Shown one piece after another: positions 1-10,800 of a stretch of DNA of 64,000 nucleotides. How positions within the stretch are numbered: position 1 is the stretch's first letter; each line of letters opens with the position of its first letter. The position numbers and the translations under genes were made by a program. Source of the stretch: a bacterium (lineage in GTDB: Bacteria; Zhuqueibacterota; Zhuqueibacteria; Residuimicrobiales; Krinioviventaceae). Location: contig CAXXMD010000003.1 in assembly GCA_963675755.2 (NCBI GenBank), positions 1,216,001 to 1,280,000 on the forward strand. The letters are read 5' to 3'. The notes beneath the pieces are model-generated. The model was not told the origin of the DNA. It was given only the letters and a program-made list of their open reading frames with translations, and searched no databases.

Positions 1-887
1 AATTTACGTAAAATGTAACGATCATTATCATAACAGTACATCCCCTTGTAATAAGCCATAGCACGTAAATTATTTGCCTCAATCGTGTACTGGTCGGTTA
101 TTTTTGAAAAATCCGTTTTATCGTGCCTGAAAATAGAATTTTGTGAACAGGAATATACATGCCCATCTGCTATATTTAAACAGAGCCCTTTAATATTTTG
201 AGTCATTTTATGGGTTCTCTGCACTGTAAATTGATTCAGGTCCAATTGATATAAAGAATCTGGTCCCACGCATGCCAGTACAACCTCCCGGTGATAGGTC
301 ATTCCCGTTACATTCTTTTTATTAAACGGGGACATGAAATAATTCTCAAATTCCCAATGGTTCACATTGTACTTGTATTTCCGTAACAGTTCGGCATTAA
401 CTAACGGATACTGGCCAGTCAACGCTCCCATCCACATTTCGTTACAGACAAGGCGGGAGCCATTACTGGCAATTGCCGGATTCGTTGTCATGGATGAAGT
501 GCTGAACACATTACACATAAAGATTTTGGGGATTTCTATCACAACCGTAGAATCTTTGTGCCCAATTTCCAGCTTGTCCCAGGCATCAATCCAGTACTCC
601 CCAATCTGATAATCAATATAATACGTCCCCGGATAAATGGGATCAAACTCGAAATTTCCATTACTGTCTGATTCAACAACCTGGGTGCCAAAGGTTACAT
701 CGTAAAGCATGTGCACCTGCCGGATCTGTATGGACACCCCGGTCAATAATTCACCACTGTCCATATCGATAGTTTGGCCGCTGAACCGGTAACTGGGAAT
801 CAATGGACGTGTAATATCATGATTCTGCTTTTTCCAACAGGAAAGCAAAGACAAAAAAACAATTAATACCAGAAACTTTTTTACCAT
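1..887 (-). CDS. Putative lipoprotein with carboxypeptidase-regulatory-like (Ig/prealbumin) domain; 3' end runs off the window and it is not in the ORF track
   Basis: Translated by hand from ATG at 887: MVKKFLVLIVFLSLLSCWKKQNHDITRPLIPSYRFSGQTIDMDSGELLTGVSIQI...SDSNGNFEFDPIYPGTYYIDY. Lipobox LLSC; SG.T.D...GE.L.GV and D.NG.F.F....PG.Y motifs. Confidence 0.65.
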   Translation of the reverse strand, partial: MVKKFLVLIVFLSLLSCWKKQNHDITRPLIPSYRFSGQTIDMDSGELLTGVSIQIRQVHMLYDVTFGTQVVESDSNGNFEFDPIYPGTYYIDYQIGEYWIDAWDKLEIGHKDSTVVIEIPKIFMCNVFSTSSMTTNPAIASNGSRLVCNEMWMGALTGQYPLVNAELLRKYKYNVNHWEFENYFMSPFNKKNVTGMTYHREVVLACVGPDSLYQLDLNQFTVQRTHKMTQNIKGLCLNIADGHVYSCSQNSIFRHDKTDFSKITDQYTIEANNLRAMAYYKGMYCYDNDRYILRK

Positions 888-959
888 GATATCCCCAATA
901 TATTATAATTAAAAATAAAAATTATCAACAAAACAGCAAACGTTTTTTTGTTTGAGTGT

Positions 960-988
960 TTGCATTTTTTGGGGGTTTTCCGTATTAT
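960..988 (+). promoter_or_regulatory. Sigma70-like promoter for the radical SAM gene
   Basis: TTGCAT-N17-TATTAT, 25 bp upstream of ATG 1014. Confidence 0.4.
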
Positions 989-1013
989 TATAGAAACCCA
1001 ACAGGAAAATTTC

Positions 1014-2021
1014 ATGCATCCTTTAAAAATAAGCCGATTGATCTCTGGTGGACTGATCACAAACTACAACTGTTCATCCACATGCAGGCATTGTTTATAC
1101 CGATGCAGTCCGCGGTGGGACAATGACTATATCTCTACTGATATCGTAAAAAGTAACCTGGAAAAGGTAAAATCCCTGGGCTGCCATTCTATGCATATTG
1201 GCGGAGGCGAACCCATGCTCAAGCCAGACATGCTGATTGATGTACTGGATACAGCGCAAGAGCTGGGTGTATCGATTGAATATGTGGAAACCAATTCGTC
1301 ATGGTTTTATGATCATCTCTCAGCCCTCGATATGCTGCGTAATTTACGCACGCATGGACTGAATACGCTGCTGGTTTCCATCAGTCCGTTTCATGTAGAG
1401 TATATTCCCTTTGCCAAAGTTAAAGGAGTTATCCGTGCATGTCAGCAAACCGGCATGAACATCTTTCCCTGGATCAGTGATTTTTATGACGAACTGGACA
1501 AGCTGCCAGATGACAGAAAACACAAAATGCAGGAATATATTGACCTGTTTGGCGACCAATGGCCGCAGAGCGTTTTGAACCGCTATTGGCTCTCTACCGG
1601 CGGCCGAACGCTTGATCTGCTACGCACGTTCAGCAGCAGACGGATTCCGTTGGAACGGTTACGCAACAGCAATCACGGCTGTCATGAACTGACTGAAACC
1701 GGTCATTTCCATGTGGACCTGTATGGCTATTACATTCCCGGACTCTGTACCGGCTTGGGCATTCAAGCCAGCGATCTGGGATCAGAACTGAATCCGCAAG
1801 ACTATCCACTCATTACTTTGTTATACAACAATGGAATTAACGGATTGTTGACTTTTGCGGAAACAGAATATGGATACAAAGCAAAACACAATGCCTATGT
1901 AGCAAAATGCGAGCTTTGCGCAGAGATCAGGACTTTTCTGGTGAATGAGAAAAATGTAAAATCTAAAGAACTGCATCCACAGGGACATTACGACGAGATC
2001 AACAGAGCTGCCAATTCCTGA
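1014..2021 (+). CDS. Radical SAM protein
   Basis: CxxxCxxC (CSSTCRHC), GGGEP, ETN motifs and C-terminal CELC. ATG 1014 is preferred over TTG 948, which overlaps the promoter. Confidence 0.85.
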   Translation: MHPLKISRLISGGLITNYNCSSTCRHCLYRCSPRWDNDYISTDIVKSNLEKVKSLGCHSMHIGGGEPMLKPDMLIDVLDTAQELGVSIEYVETNSSWFYDHLSALDMLRNLRTHGLNTLLVSISPFHVEYIPFAKVKGVIRACQQTGMNIFPWISDFYDELDKLPDDRKHKMQEYIDLFGDQWPQSVLNRYWLSTGGRTLDLLRTFSSRRIPLERLRNSNHGCHELTETGHFHVDLYGYYIPGLCTGLGIQASDLGSELNPQDYPLITLLYNNGINGLLTFAETEYGYKAKHNAYVAKCELCAEIRTFLVNEKNVKSKELHPQGHYDEINRAANS

Positions 2022-2024
2022 TTC

Positions 2025-2813
2025 TTAATTTTTATATTTTTTAACTGCTTTTGCAATTTTTTTCCTGATCTTTTTTTCAGAGGGTGGCGGTCCGGTACTC
2101 AGTTCTTTTCCATTAATAAAAATACCATCCGAGATTCCCCACTCCCTATATGTGTCACGGTCTGTTGTATCAATCTCATGCATACGGATTACCTCTCCAT
2201 ACTCTGAGGCTATATTTCGGGTCCGTTCATATACCATATTAAACGCAGGACACCAACCATTTTTAAAAATGGTAATCTCGGGGCTATCAGGATTTGTTAT
2301 CCGCTTACGATTTGGAGCAATCCATTTCGGAGGTTCCGCGCTATCCTCAAACGCTTTCCACAACAGAACCTGAACACCCTGCTTGTCTGTTTTGACATAG
2401 CCCTGCTTTTTAAACCAGCTTGCTTTCATCCATGCTGGAATAGCGAGACCCCACGCAGCCAGACCCTTAGCACCAAGCGCTTTAACATCATCTTCTGCGG
2501 CTTGTATTAAAGCTTTGCCCATCCCCTGCTTTTGAAAATTTCCACGTCCTTTTTTATGCCCATGCACCCAGATACAAAGAACCATGTATAAATCTTTTCC
2601 CTCGGCAAAGGATTCTTCAATAGGCAGATATTGGATCATCCCACCAATCTCACCGGAATCATCCACCGCCAATTTTACCCGTAATCCCCGGTTTTTCATG
2701 GTATGAAACCAGTTTTTCTTGTGGTCAGCCGCATCTTTAATCTCGTCAGACCAGTCCTCTAGACAGACAAAATAGAGCGGTTGATGTGCTTCTGACAAAT
2801 CAATAATTTGCAT
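2025..2813 (-). CDS. GNAT acetyltransferase with C-terminal thioredoxin-like (YoaP-like) domain
   Basis: Acetyl-CoA motif FQKQGMGKALI, F.K.GY, and C-terminal WCPA. Confidence 0.8.
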   Translation of the reverse strand: MQIIDLSEAHQPLYFVCLEDWSDEIKDAADHKKNWFHTMKNRGLRVKLAVDDSGEIGGMIQYLPIEESFAEGKDLYMVLCIWVHGHKKGRGNFQKQGMGKALIQAAEDDVKALGAKGLAAWGLAIPAWMKASWFKKQGYVKTDKQGVQVLLWKAFEDSAEPPKWIAPNRKRITNPDSPEITIFKNGWCPAFNMVYERTRNIASEYGEVIRMHEIDTTDRDTYREWGISDGIFINGKELSTGPPPSEKKIRKKIAKAVKKYKN

Positions 2814-2841
2814 ATATACCCCTGATGTTATTTACTCTTTA

Positions 2842-2870
2842 ATAGTATTTATTCACAACAAAAATGTCAA
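2842..2870 (-). promoter_or_regulatory. Sigma70 promoter for the GNAT gene
   Basis: Minus strand TTGACA-N17-TACTAT. Confidence 0.6.
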
Positions 2871-2953
2871 GTTAAATTAATATGAATTTAAACCATCTAT
2901 TTTGAATCCTGCAAGGGGGTTTCTCATCAAATTAATAGAAAACAATACAGGAA

Positions 2954-3508
2954 ATGGACATGATTGACAAAAACCGCTTTGAACAAGGCTATACATTTAA
3001 CGAAATGTTACAAAAATATCCCGATCAGCTTGAACTGCATCAGCATCATTATAACAAAACCGCAATCCAGGATGATGACCGCAATCTGATCAAAAACGCC
3101 GGAGACTTGAACATAATGGTACTAACCATACCCTGGTGTGGAGACTCGGTTGCAACACTACCTGTGCTATTCAAACTGGTTGAAGGATTGGACAATGTAA
3201 AGCTGCGCATCCTTGAGCGGGATGATCATCCGGACATCATGGATAATTACCTGACCAACGGTGGCAGGGCTGTACCAAAGTTTGTATTTTTCGACGGAGA
3301 ATTCAATGAACTGGGCAATTGGGGTCCACGTCCCAAATCCTTTCAGGATATTTTCGAACAATATCGCCCCAAAATCAAATCCGGTGAAATCAGCAAAGAA
3401 ACCGTCCATCAGATCCTGCGGAAAGAATATGCCAAAGATCGTGGCAAAACCATCATCAGGGAAATGATGGAACTACTGACAAAAAAGTTCGTTCATTCTA
3501 AATTTTAA
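2954..3508 (+). CDS. Thioredoxin-family protein (Thioredoxin_9-like, CxxS)
   Basis: WCGDS, LTNGGRAVP and WGPRP motifs. Confidence 0.85.
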   Translation: MDMIDKNRFEQGYTFNEMLQKYPDQLELHQHHYNKTAIQDDDRNLIKNAGDLNIMVLTIPWCGDSVATLPVLFKLVEGLDNVKLRILERDDHPDIMDNYLTNGGRAVPKFVFFDGEFNELGNWGPRPKSFQDIFEQYRPKIKSGEISKETVHQILRKEYAKDRGKTIIREMMELLTKKFVHSKF

Positions 3509-3630
3509 AACATTCCCCAGACTACTACTCTTACCACACAGATTTTTTATTTAGACTTTTCCTATTACAATACTTTAGATTTTCATTTCTCAAACTTTAC
3601 TCCGTAATCTTTTCCAACAGATCAAATTCT

Positions 3631-3645
3631 TGGAACAATTTTTGC
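3631..3645 (+). promoter_or_regulatory. Putative sigma54 (-24/-12) promoter of the CotH-VTC operon
   Basis: TGGAACAATTTTTGC has GG and GC at the exact spacing of TGGCAC-N5-TTGC, about 105 bp upstream of 3752. Confidence 0.45.
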
Positions 3646-3751
3646 GCGAGCAGGTATTATAAACATACAGCAAATTTACAATTTCTTAACATAAATTTAA
3701 TATAGTTTTGATTTTCGTCAAAATAATATTATATTCTACATCGGGTGGAAA

Positions 3752-6379
3752 ATGTTAAAATTTCCCAAAATTTATAAATTATTATATTTTTTTATGACAC
3801 TTTTTATAATGTTGTTTGTCTCGCTATTATATGCGGATGAGCTTCCAGAATATTATATAATTATTGACCTGGCATGGCTTGAAACGCTTGACAACAATCC
3901 ATACGAAGATACTTATTATCCCGCCAAGTTTGCTTGCGATGATAAAATCTATGAATGTCAGGTCAGGTACAGAGGTGCGTCTTCTCGCAACTATCCCAAA
4001 AAGAGTTGGAAGATTGATTTGTTTAATGATAATAATACTTTTGATTGTGAAAGGATAAATCTCAATGCAGAATATATTGATAACACAATGCTTCGCAATC
4101 ACCTCACGAACAAACTCTATAAAAGCATGGGATTTCCAGCCCCCAAAACAAAACACGCAAAACTATATGTTAATAATGAGTTTAGAGGTGTCTATTTATG
4201 CATACAAAACATAGATGAATACTTTTTGGATGATAACGACCGTCAAAAAAACAGCTTATTTAAAGCAGTAAACCATAGCGCCAACATGGCCCCCCTTTGT
4301 CACTTTGATGAATATCCAATTTCATGGGAACAAAAAATTGGTGACCCAAAAGATTACCAAAAACTGATAACCCTTTTAAACAAGCTCTATTATTACAACA
4401 ATACGGATTTTGTTAATAATATTGAAAACATGGTTAATGTTGAAAATATAATCAACTATTTTGCGATTGAATTTGTAATATCCAGTTATGATTGCTTTAC
4501 AAAAAATTTGTTCTTTTATTTAAATCCCCAAACAGGTCTTTGGGAGATATTTCCATGGGACAATGATGCAGCCTGGGGCTTTTCCTGGAAAGGTGAATAC
4601 ATTCAAGATTATGAGACATTTTATTATGACAGCCCTTTAAAAAACCAGCTCCTTTTTCAAAGATTGTTAGAGCATGAAAAATATAAAAAAATGTTCTGGG
4701 ATGTCGTTCTAACCATTATAAACGAAAAATTTTCGCACCTTCTTTCTGAAATAGATAATGATGTAACCCAAATACAATCAGATATTTATAGCGACACCTT
4801 TAAAAGATGTACAAATCAGGAATTTGACGAATCAGTAATAGAATTAAAATCCTTTTTTTCAAAACGTAAAGATTTCTTGAAAACCAAAACAACCTTTAAC
4901 AGACCACAGCTCTCAAACTTTTATTGTTCCAATCCATTTCCCACTCCGGATTCCACAGTCACTTTTCAGGTTAAATCATCTCAATCCCAGAATATAAATT
5001 TGAATATCATTAAAGATATGGATTGGGAAGGCACTGCCGGATTTGAGTTGTATACCGTTCCTATGTATGACGATGGCAATCATAATGACAGTCTGGCAGG
5101 TGATCTTTTATATGGCTGTCAGGTTGAATTTAAAAATTTTTCACCACAGATCTTGCCGTATTATTTCTCAATTGAAAATTATGATTTTCCGGCAAACGGT
5201 CACTTTTACATAAAATTCAACAGCTCTCACTCTCATGCAATACGTCTGTTTGATGAGGAAATGAATATAAAACAAAACATTCAACTCGGTAGTATTTATA
5301 AAATAGGAAACAACTATACAGTTCAACTGTACAACAACTCTGACAAAGATATTGATCTTTCATATTGCACACTTCAATCCGGGAAATATTGGAATCAGTT
5401 TCTCATACCGCAAGGCACAATAGTTCAGGCTAAAAAAAGTCTTTATATATCATCAGACACCGAGCTTTCTACGGTAACCATAACCAAAGAAAAAACAATT
5501 GGTAACGCGATACTTGAAATAGCAATAGGTGATTCAATTACCTTACTTTCCCCGGCTCAAATAAAAATCACATCAAAATGCTGTACTCATTTTGAACCGC
5601 TTCATAGTGAGCCTATAGACATTGTAATCAATGAAATCAATTACAACTCGGCAGAACAGTTTGATGTTGGTGATTGGCTTGAATTGTTCAATCCCAACGA
5701 TACTGTTACAGATATCTCTTACTGGTCAATTTCAGATGGTGATTTGGATAACATGTACCGCTTTCCTGCAAACACCAAAATCCTTCCAAATGATTTTATG
5801 GTAATTTGTTCTGACATGGAGGACTTTGAATCGGGTTTTCCAAATGTAGAAAAAATCATAGGTGAAATGGATTTCAAACTAAGTGCTTCCGGAGAACAGC
5901 TGGTCCTCTATGATGCGTTACACAATACCATAGACTCTGTAGCATTTGACGATCACGCACCCTGGCCCGAAGGTCCGGATGGCAGTGGTGCAACCCTTGA
6001 ATTGATCAATCCATTGCTTGACAATAATGTAGCACAACATTGGGCAGCTTCTGATAATTTTGGTAGTCCGTGTGCTTTTAACAGCAGGTACAGCAAAATC
6101 GATACAACGGAGCAGCCTGCAAATAATTCGTACCTGCGACAAAATTTCCCAAATCCTTTTAACGAAAAAACCCATATCAGCTTTATTTCAAAATTAAATC
6201 AAAAAGTTGAAATAAAAATATACAACATAACCGGTCAGCTTGTTGTATCACTCACTCCTTCAACAAACACTTTTATGGTTACATGGAATACCCTCAATCA
6301 AAGCTCAGGCGTATATTTTTATCAATTGGTTGTAAATAATAAAATAGTAGATACTAAAAAGGCAGTACTGTTTAAATGA
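3752..6379 (+). CDS. Secreted CotH-family kinase with lamin-tail domain(s) and C-terminal T9SS-type/FlgD sorting domain
   Basis: Signal peptide; RGASS..YPKKSWKI, SYDCFTKN, PWDND; YDDG.H.D..AGD (choice-of-anchor-X-like); VINEINYN..DWLELFN (LTD); QNFPNPFN...SGVYFY. Confidence 0.85.
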   Translation: MLKFPKIYKLLYFFMTLFIMLFVSLLYADELPEYYIIIDLAWLETLDNNPYEDTYYPAKFACDDKIYECQVRYRGASSRNYPKKSWKIDLFNDNNTFDCERINLNAEYIDNTMLRNHLTNKLYKSMGFPAPKTKHAKLYVNNEFRGVYLCIQNIDEYFLDDNDRQKNSLFKAVNHSANMAPLCHFDEYPISWEQKIGDPKDYQKLITLLNKLYYYNNTDFVNNIENMVNVENIINYFAIEFVISSYDCFTKNLFFYLNPQTGLWEIFPWDNDAAWGFSWKGEYIQDYETFYYDSPLKNQLLFQRLLEHEKYKKMFWDVVLTIINEKFSHLLSEIDNDVTQIQSDIYSDTFKRCTNQEFDESVIELKSFFSKRKDFLKTKTTFNRPQLSNFYCSNPFPTPDSTVTFQVKSSQSQNINLNIIKDMDWEGTAGFELYTVPMYDDGNHNDSLAGDLLYGCQVEFKNFSPQILPYYFSIENYDFPANGHFYIKFNSSHSHAIRLFDEEMNIKQNIQLGSIYKIGNNYTVQLYNNSDKDIDLSYCTLQSGKYWNQFLIPQGTIVQAKKSLYISSDTELSTVTITKEKTIGNAILEIAIGDSITLLSPAQIKITSKCCTHFEPLHSEPIDIVINEINYNSAEQFDVGDWLELFNPNDTVTDISYWSISDGDLDNMYRFPANTKILPNDFMVICSDMEDFESGFPNVEKIIGEMDFKLSASGEQLVLYDALHNTIDSVAFDDHAPWPEGPDGSGATLELINPLLDNNVAQHWAASDNFGSPCAFNSRYSKIDTTEQPANNSYLRQNFPNPFNEKTHISFISKLNQKVEIKIYNITGQLVVSLTPSTNTFMVTWNTLNQSSGVYFYQLVVNNKIVDTKKAVLFK

Positions 6380-7869
6380 TGAACAAACTATATAATATAT
6401 TATTTTTGTCCCTTTTGGTTCTGGCCTATTGTTCAAGAGACAATTCTATAGATCCCGAGACATCCTTTGTATCTGAATATGAATTCATAACATTGCACCA
6501 AATGTGTCAAAACTGTCCTTTACCTGTTATTGTTCTCCCCAAAGAGAACGACCTGTTTTTTGGCAACAATACCAAACAAAGCTATTCCCTGGCTTTTAAC
6601 CAACAAACCAGCAGTAAAGACTTTTTCCTAAAAAAAGGGACCGGGTGCGCAATCATTGAAACGGGATTGCAAAACACATTTACATTCGAAATTGAAAATA
6701 TTACAGAAAGAAAAACCATAAATACTATCACGCTTCCTGAAAAACATGTCAGTGGTAATCTGAATGGATTTACAGAATGGAAAAGCGATACCTGTTATAT
6801 CGTTGATAGTGACCTCACCATTCAGACAAGTGACGAATTAAAAATTCAGGAAGGCACTATTGTACTTTTGAAAAACACGGTAAATCTATTTGTTTATGGA
6901 AAACTGTTAATTGAAGGCTCAAAAGACAAACCTGTCTATTTTACTGCATATGAAGCGAATGGTGCCTGGGGAGGAATAGAATATATCAATACTACTGCAA
7001 ATCTGTCTTTTTGTATTTTCAATAACGGAGGCGCTGACCAGGAAAAAGAATTTGGGCATTCGCACAGTCAACCGGTTTTAATGTTCAATGAATCTGACTC
7101 AGCTTTGGACCATTGTTTTCTTTTTGACAATCCCGGTAAAGCATTAGGAACAAAATCCTGTACAGTGACAATTGATAATTGTCTAATCTCAAGATGCGAT
7201 ACGGGAGGTGAATTTTTGGGCAGCCTGATGACCATTACCAATACTCGTGTTATGGATATGCCCAATGACGATGGAATTTTTGTGGATGACGATAATGACG
7301 GTTTCTATTTCTCTAGCCACGCGGATACCGATGAACCTTCACGGGTGGAACACTGTCTCATTATGACGGGCAAAGACGACGCCATAGATCACAACAAAGC
7401 CAAGCTGGTAATCAATGACTGTCTGCTGATGGACTGTATGCATGAAGGATTGGCTGCCTCTAATGCAAACTATGCCAGAATTAGCAACTGTGTAGTTTCT
7501 GGCTGTGAACAGGGAATTGAAGCAGGGTATTATGAACCTAATGTCTTTGTCGATCATTGCGTGGTTATAAATAACAAATTTGGACTTCGTTTTGGTGATT
7601 CATATGATTGGGGATGTAACGGTTCTATGCAGGTCACCAATACCATCCTCTATAATAATGAAGATAATATTTACAATTTTGACATAAAAAAACAGGGTAC
7701 AGTTGAAAATGCTATAAATATCAGTTATTCAATAACCAACGATCCGGATTACAACAATTCCCCGAATTGTATTTCTGGCACCCCTTTATTCAATAATCAA
7801 TATCAATTATTGTCCGGTTCTCCCGGACTAGGATCAGGGACAAACAACAGTAATATAGGTTTAAATTGA
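6376..7869 (+). CDS. Lipoprotein with right-handed parallel beta-helix repeats
   Basis: Lipobox LAYC; L.I.EGT.V...L.V.G.L...GS...PV.FT..WGGI; repeated xxNC/HC beta-helix rungs. Confidence 0.75.
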   Translation: MMNKLYNILFLSLLVLAYCSRDNSIDPETSFVSEYEFITLHQMCQNCPLPVIVLPKENDLFFGNNTKQSYSLAFNQQTSSKDFFLKKGTGCAIIETGLQNTFTFEIENITERKTINTITLPEKHVSGNLNGFTEWKSDTCYIVDSDLTIQTSDELKIQEGTIVLLKNTVNLFVYGKLLIEGSKDKPVYFTAYEANGAWGGIEYINTTANLSFCIFNNGGADQEKEFGHSHSQPVLMFNESDSALDHCFLFDNPGKALGTKSCTVTIDNCLISRCDTGGEFLGSLMTITNTRVMDMPNDDGIFVDDDNDGFYFSSHADTDEPSRVEHCLIMTGKDDAIDHNKAKLVINDCLLMDCMHEGLAASNANYARISNCVVSGCEQGIEAGYYEPNVFVDHCVVINNKFGLRFGDSYDWGCNGSMQVTNTILYNNEDNIYNFDIKKQGTVENAINISYSITNDPDYNNSPNCISGTPLFNNQYQLLSGSPGLGSGTNNSNIGLN

Positions 7870-10800
7870 AAAAAGCAGTATATAAAATCATTCCGGCATT
7901 TTATGTTTTAATGTTGTTGTTTTCAGGCTTTTCTTTTGCAAAAGATAATTTATCAGGGCAAAACCAATCGAATTCTGACATTAAAACGATAAATATTTAT
8001 TGCTCCCAGGACAGCTTTAAATATATCTATGATAACCCACTTCAGGATTATTATATACATGTCGCGGTTGAATATGATGGGCAAACATGGCCTAGTATTC
8101 CTATGCGTATCAGGGGTGACAGTTCACGAGGTTATCCTAAAAAATCTTTGAAATTACAATTCCCTGAAAAATTTGATGATTGGGGGGATACCATTAACCT
8201 GAACGCCGAGTACCGGGACCTGGGATACTTTCGCTCTACTGTTTCCAGCCGATTGTATAGAGATACCGGGCACCCCTGTTTCAGGACTGAACATTTTAGC
8301 GTATACCTGAATGGTGAATATTTGGGTTTATATGTTAGAATTGAAAATATTGACAACTATTTTTTAAAACATTGGGACCTGGATGTAGACGGCAACCTCT
8401 ACAAAGCTTACAAAGACGGAGCATGTCTGAGTGTTTATGATGATGTTGAATATCACTGGGAGAAAAAAACAAACAAATCTGCACCATTTACTGACCTGAA
8501 AGAACTGATCAGAGATATTAACACAGTAAAGGATGGCGATTTCTATCAGTTCCTTCAAAACACCTTTGATTATAAATCCCTTATTAATGCTTTTGCCGTG
8601 AACATGATGATCTCTAACGGCAGCACATATTATCACAACTATTACCTGTACCATGACACTGAAAAAAGCAATAAATGGATGTATCTCCCCTGGGATATGG
8701 ACCTTTCATTAAGTCCTTATGGCATCAACTATGCCTATCATCGTAGTTCTGGTATGTGGACTGTAGATAACCCCCTGCTTGAAAGGGCTATTCTATGCAC
8801 ACCTGTATTGGATGACATTCAAACCCGAATCGATGAGTTGGCGGCAACCTGGATAAATTCAGAACATGTTACCCCCATCATGGATAGCCTGGCCGCTGTT
8901 ATTCAAGATGATGTAAGCAGAGATACAACGGACAATGTGGAGAGCCTGGATGTCTGGACAAAAGCCATTGATAATGACAAAGCCTTTATTTCATCCCGAT
9001 ATGCCAAGCTAAAGGACCAGTTTGCTTATTGGCCCTCATCTTTCAGAATCAATCCACAGGCAACCGTCTTTCATGACTCTGTACATTTCAACTGGTATGC
9101 GTCTCAAGATCCCAACAACAATCCCATAACGTATACGCTTTATTATAGCAAATCTAAAAGTTTTTCTTCTGAACCTGTTTTCATGGTTGAAAACATTACA
9201 GACACGCTTGCATCCATAGCAACACCGACAGACAAAACAACATATTACTGGTATGTTACCGCATCAAATCCATATACCAAAGTTCCGGGATTTGACACCT
9301 ATAATGCTTTTACAATCAAAGACCAAACTCCATTGAACCCGGAAATCACAAATGACATAACTTTAACCAAAGAGAATTCTCCCTATTATGTAAACCAGGA
9401 CATAACAGTTCATGAAAACGCTATCCTATATATAGAACAAGGTGCAGAAATCGTATTTGATGAAGCCACATCTCTGACAATAAAAGGAAACATCATTGCC
9501 ACTGGCTCTTTACAAGAACCGATCCAACTCAAATCAAATACGGCTGATCAGTATTGGTCAGGTATCTATCTTGATACTCTTAAAGATCAATGCATATTTT
9601 CGAACATTCAATTTATCAATTGCTTTCATTGGGATAATACGGAAACCCATTTACCCGTTATTAGCGCAAACAATACAAATCTGTTAATACAGGATGCTTC
9701 TTTCATAAACTGTTCGGGAGGCATATCCGCCAGTGGCAATAAAGCCGAGATTAAAAACTGTTCATTTACTGATATGCAGGGGAAAGCAATACGCATTACC
9801 AATTGTCTGGCAACAATTCTGGATAACAACATTGTTCTAAAAGATTCTGCTGATGCAATCATCCTGGAAAACGCAGACAATAGTACAATTCAAGGAAACA
9901 GTATCAAAAATTCCGGCATCTATATAACGAATGATTCAAAAAATATTTACATATCTCAAAACAGAATTTCTTCTGCTCCGGACTATGGAATCAAAATATC
10001 GGACCATTCTACAGCCATGATGGACTATAACATATTGGAACATGCACAAACCGGAATAACCGTACAAGACAGTTCAAATGTCATTGCAAACAATAATACC
10101 CTGGTAAATAACAACATTTCTTTTTCAGCATTATGTGTAAATCATTCATTATGGGGAGGTGTTATAAATATCTCGAATACCATCATTTCAGGTTCAGTAA
10201 CACCTGTTTATTATGATGAAAAATCAGATATTCAAATCAGTTATACCTTGTGCGATACAAAACTCTTATCAGGGCAAGGCAACCTTTATGATGATCCCCG
10301 GTTTGCGTCAGAAAATGATTATTCACTGTTACCGGATTCTCCCTGCATTCATGCAGGAAATCCCAATTTTGGTTCTGACAATGACGGATTTATTACGGAC
10401 ATGGGTGCAGTTCCTTATATGTCCATACCCAAAATTGTCATTAACGAAATCAATTATCATTCATCCAACGACTTTGATTCAAAAGATTGGGTAGAATTTT
10501 ACAATGCAGATTCATCAAGTATAAATATTTCAAACTGGACCTTTCAGGATGAAAATTATAACACATATACCTTTCCAAACAATACAATTCTTGGCAGTAA
10601 TGCTTACCTGGTATTATGTCAAGACACACTCGAGTTCGAATCGTTTTATCCCGATGTTACCTGCATTTTGGGAAACATGGATTTTGGGCTGAACAATGGT
10701 GGTGAACTTTTAAGCCTGTACAATCTTGCCAATTTGCTGGTAGATTCGGTACGCTTTGATGACAAGGCTCCCTGGCCGGTTTCCGCAGACGGTAAAGGGG

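Noticed and set aside
367-609. 80-aa plus-strand ORF
   Set aside because: It is the antisense shadow of the longer minus-strand lipoprotein ORF ending at 887
2025-3508. GNAT toxin-antitoxin pair
   Set aside because: The neighbour is a divergent thioredoxin, not an RHH antitoxin; the GNAT is of the YoaP-like type
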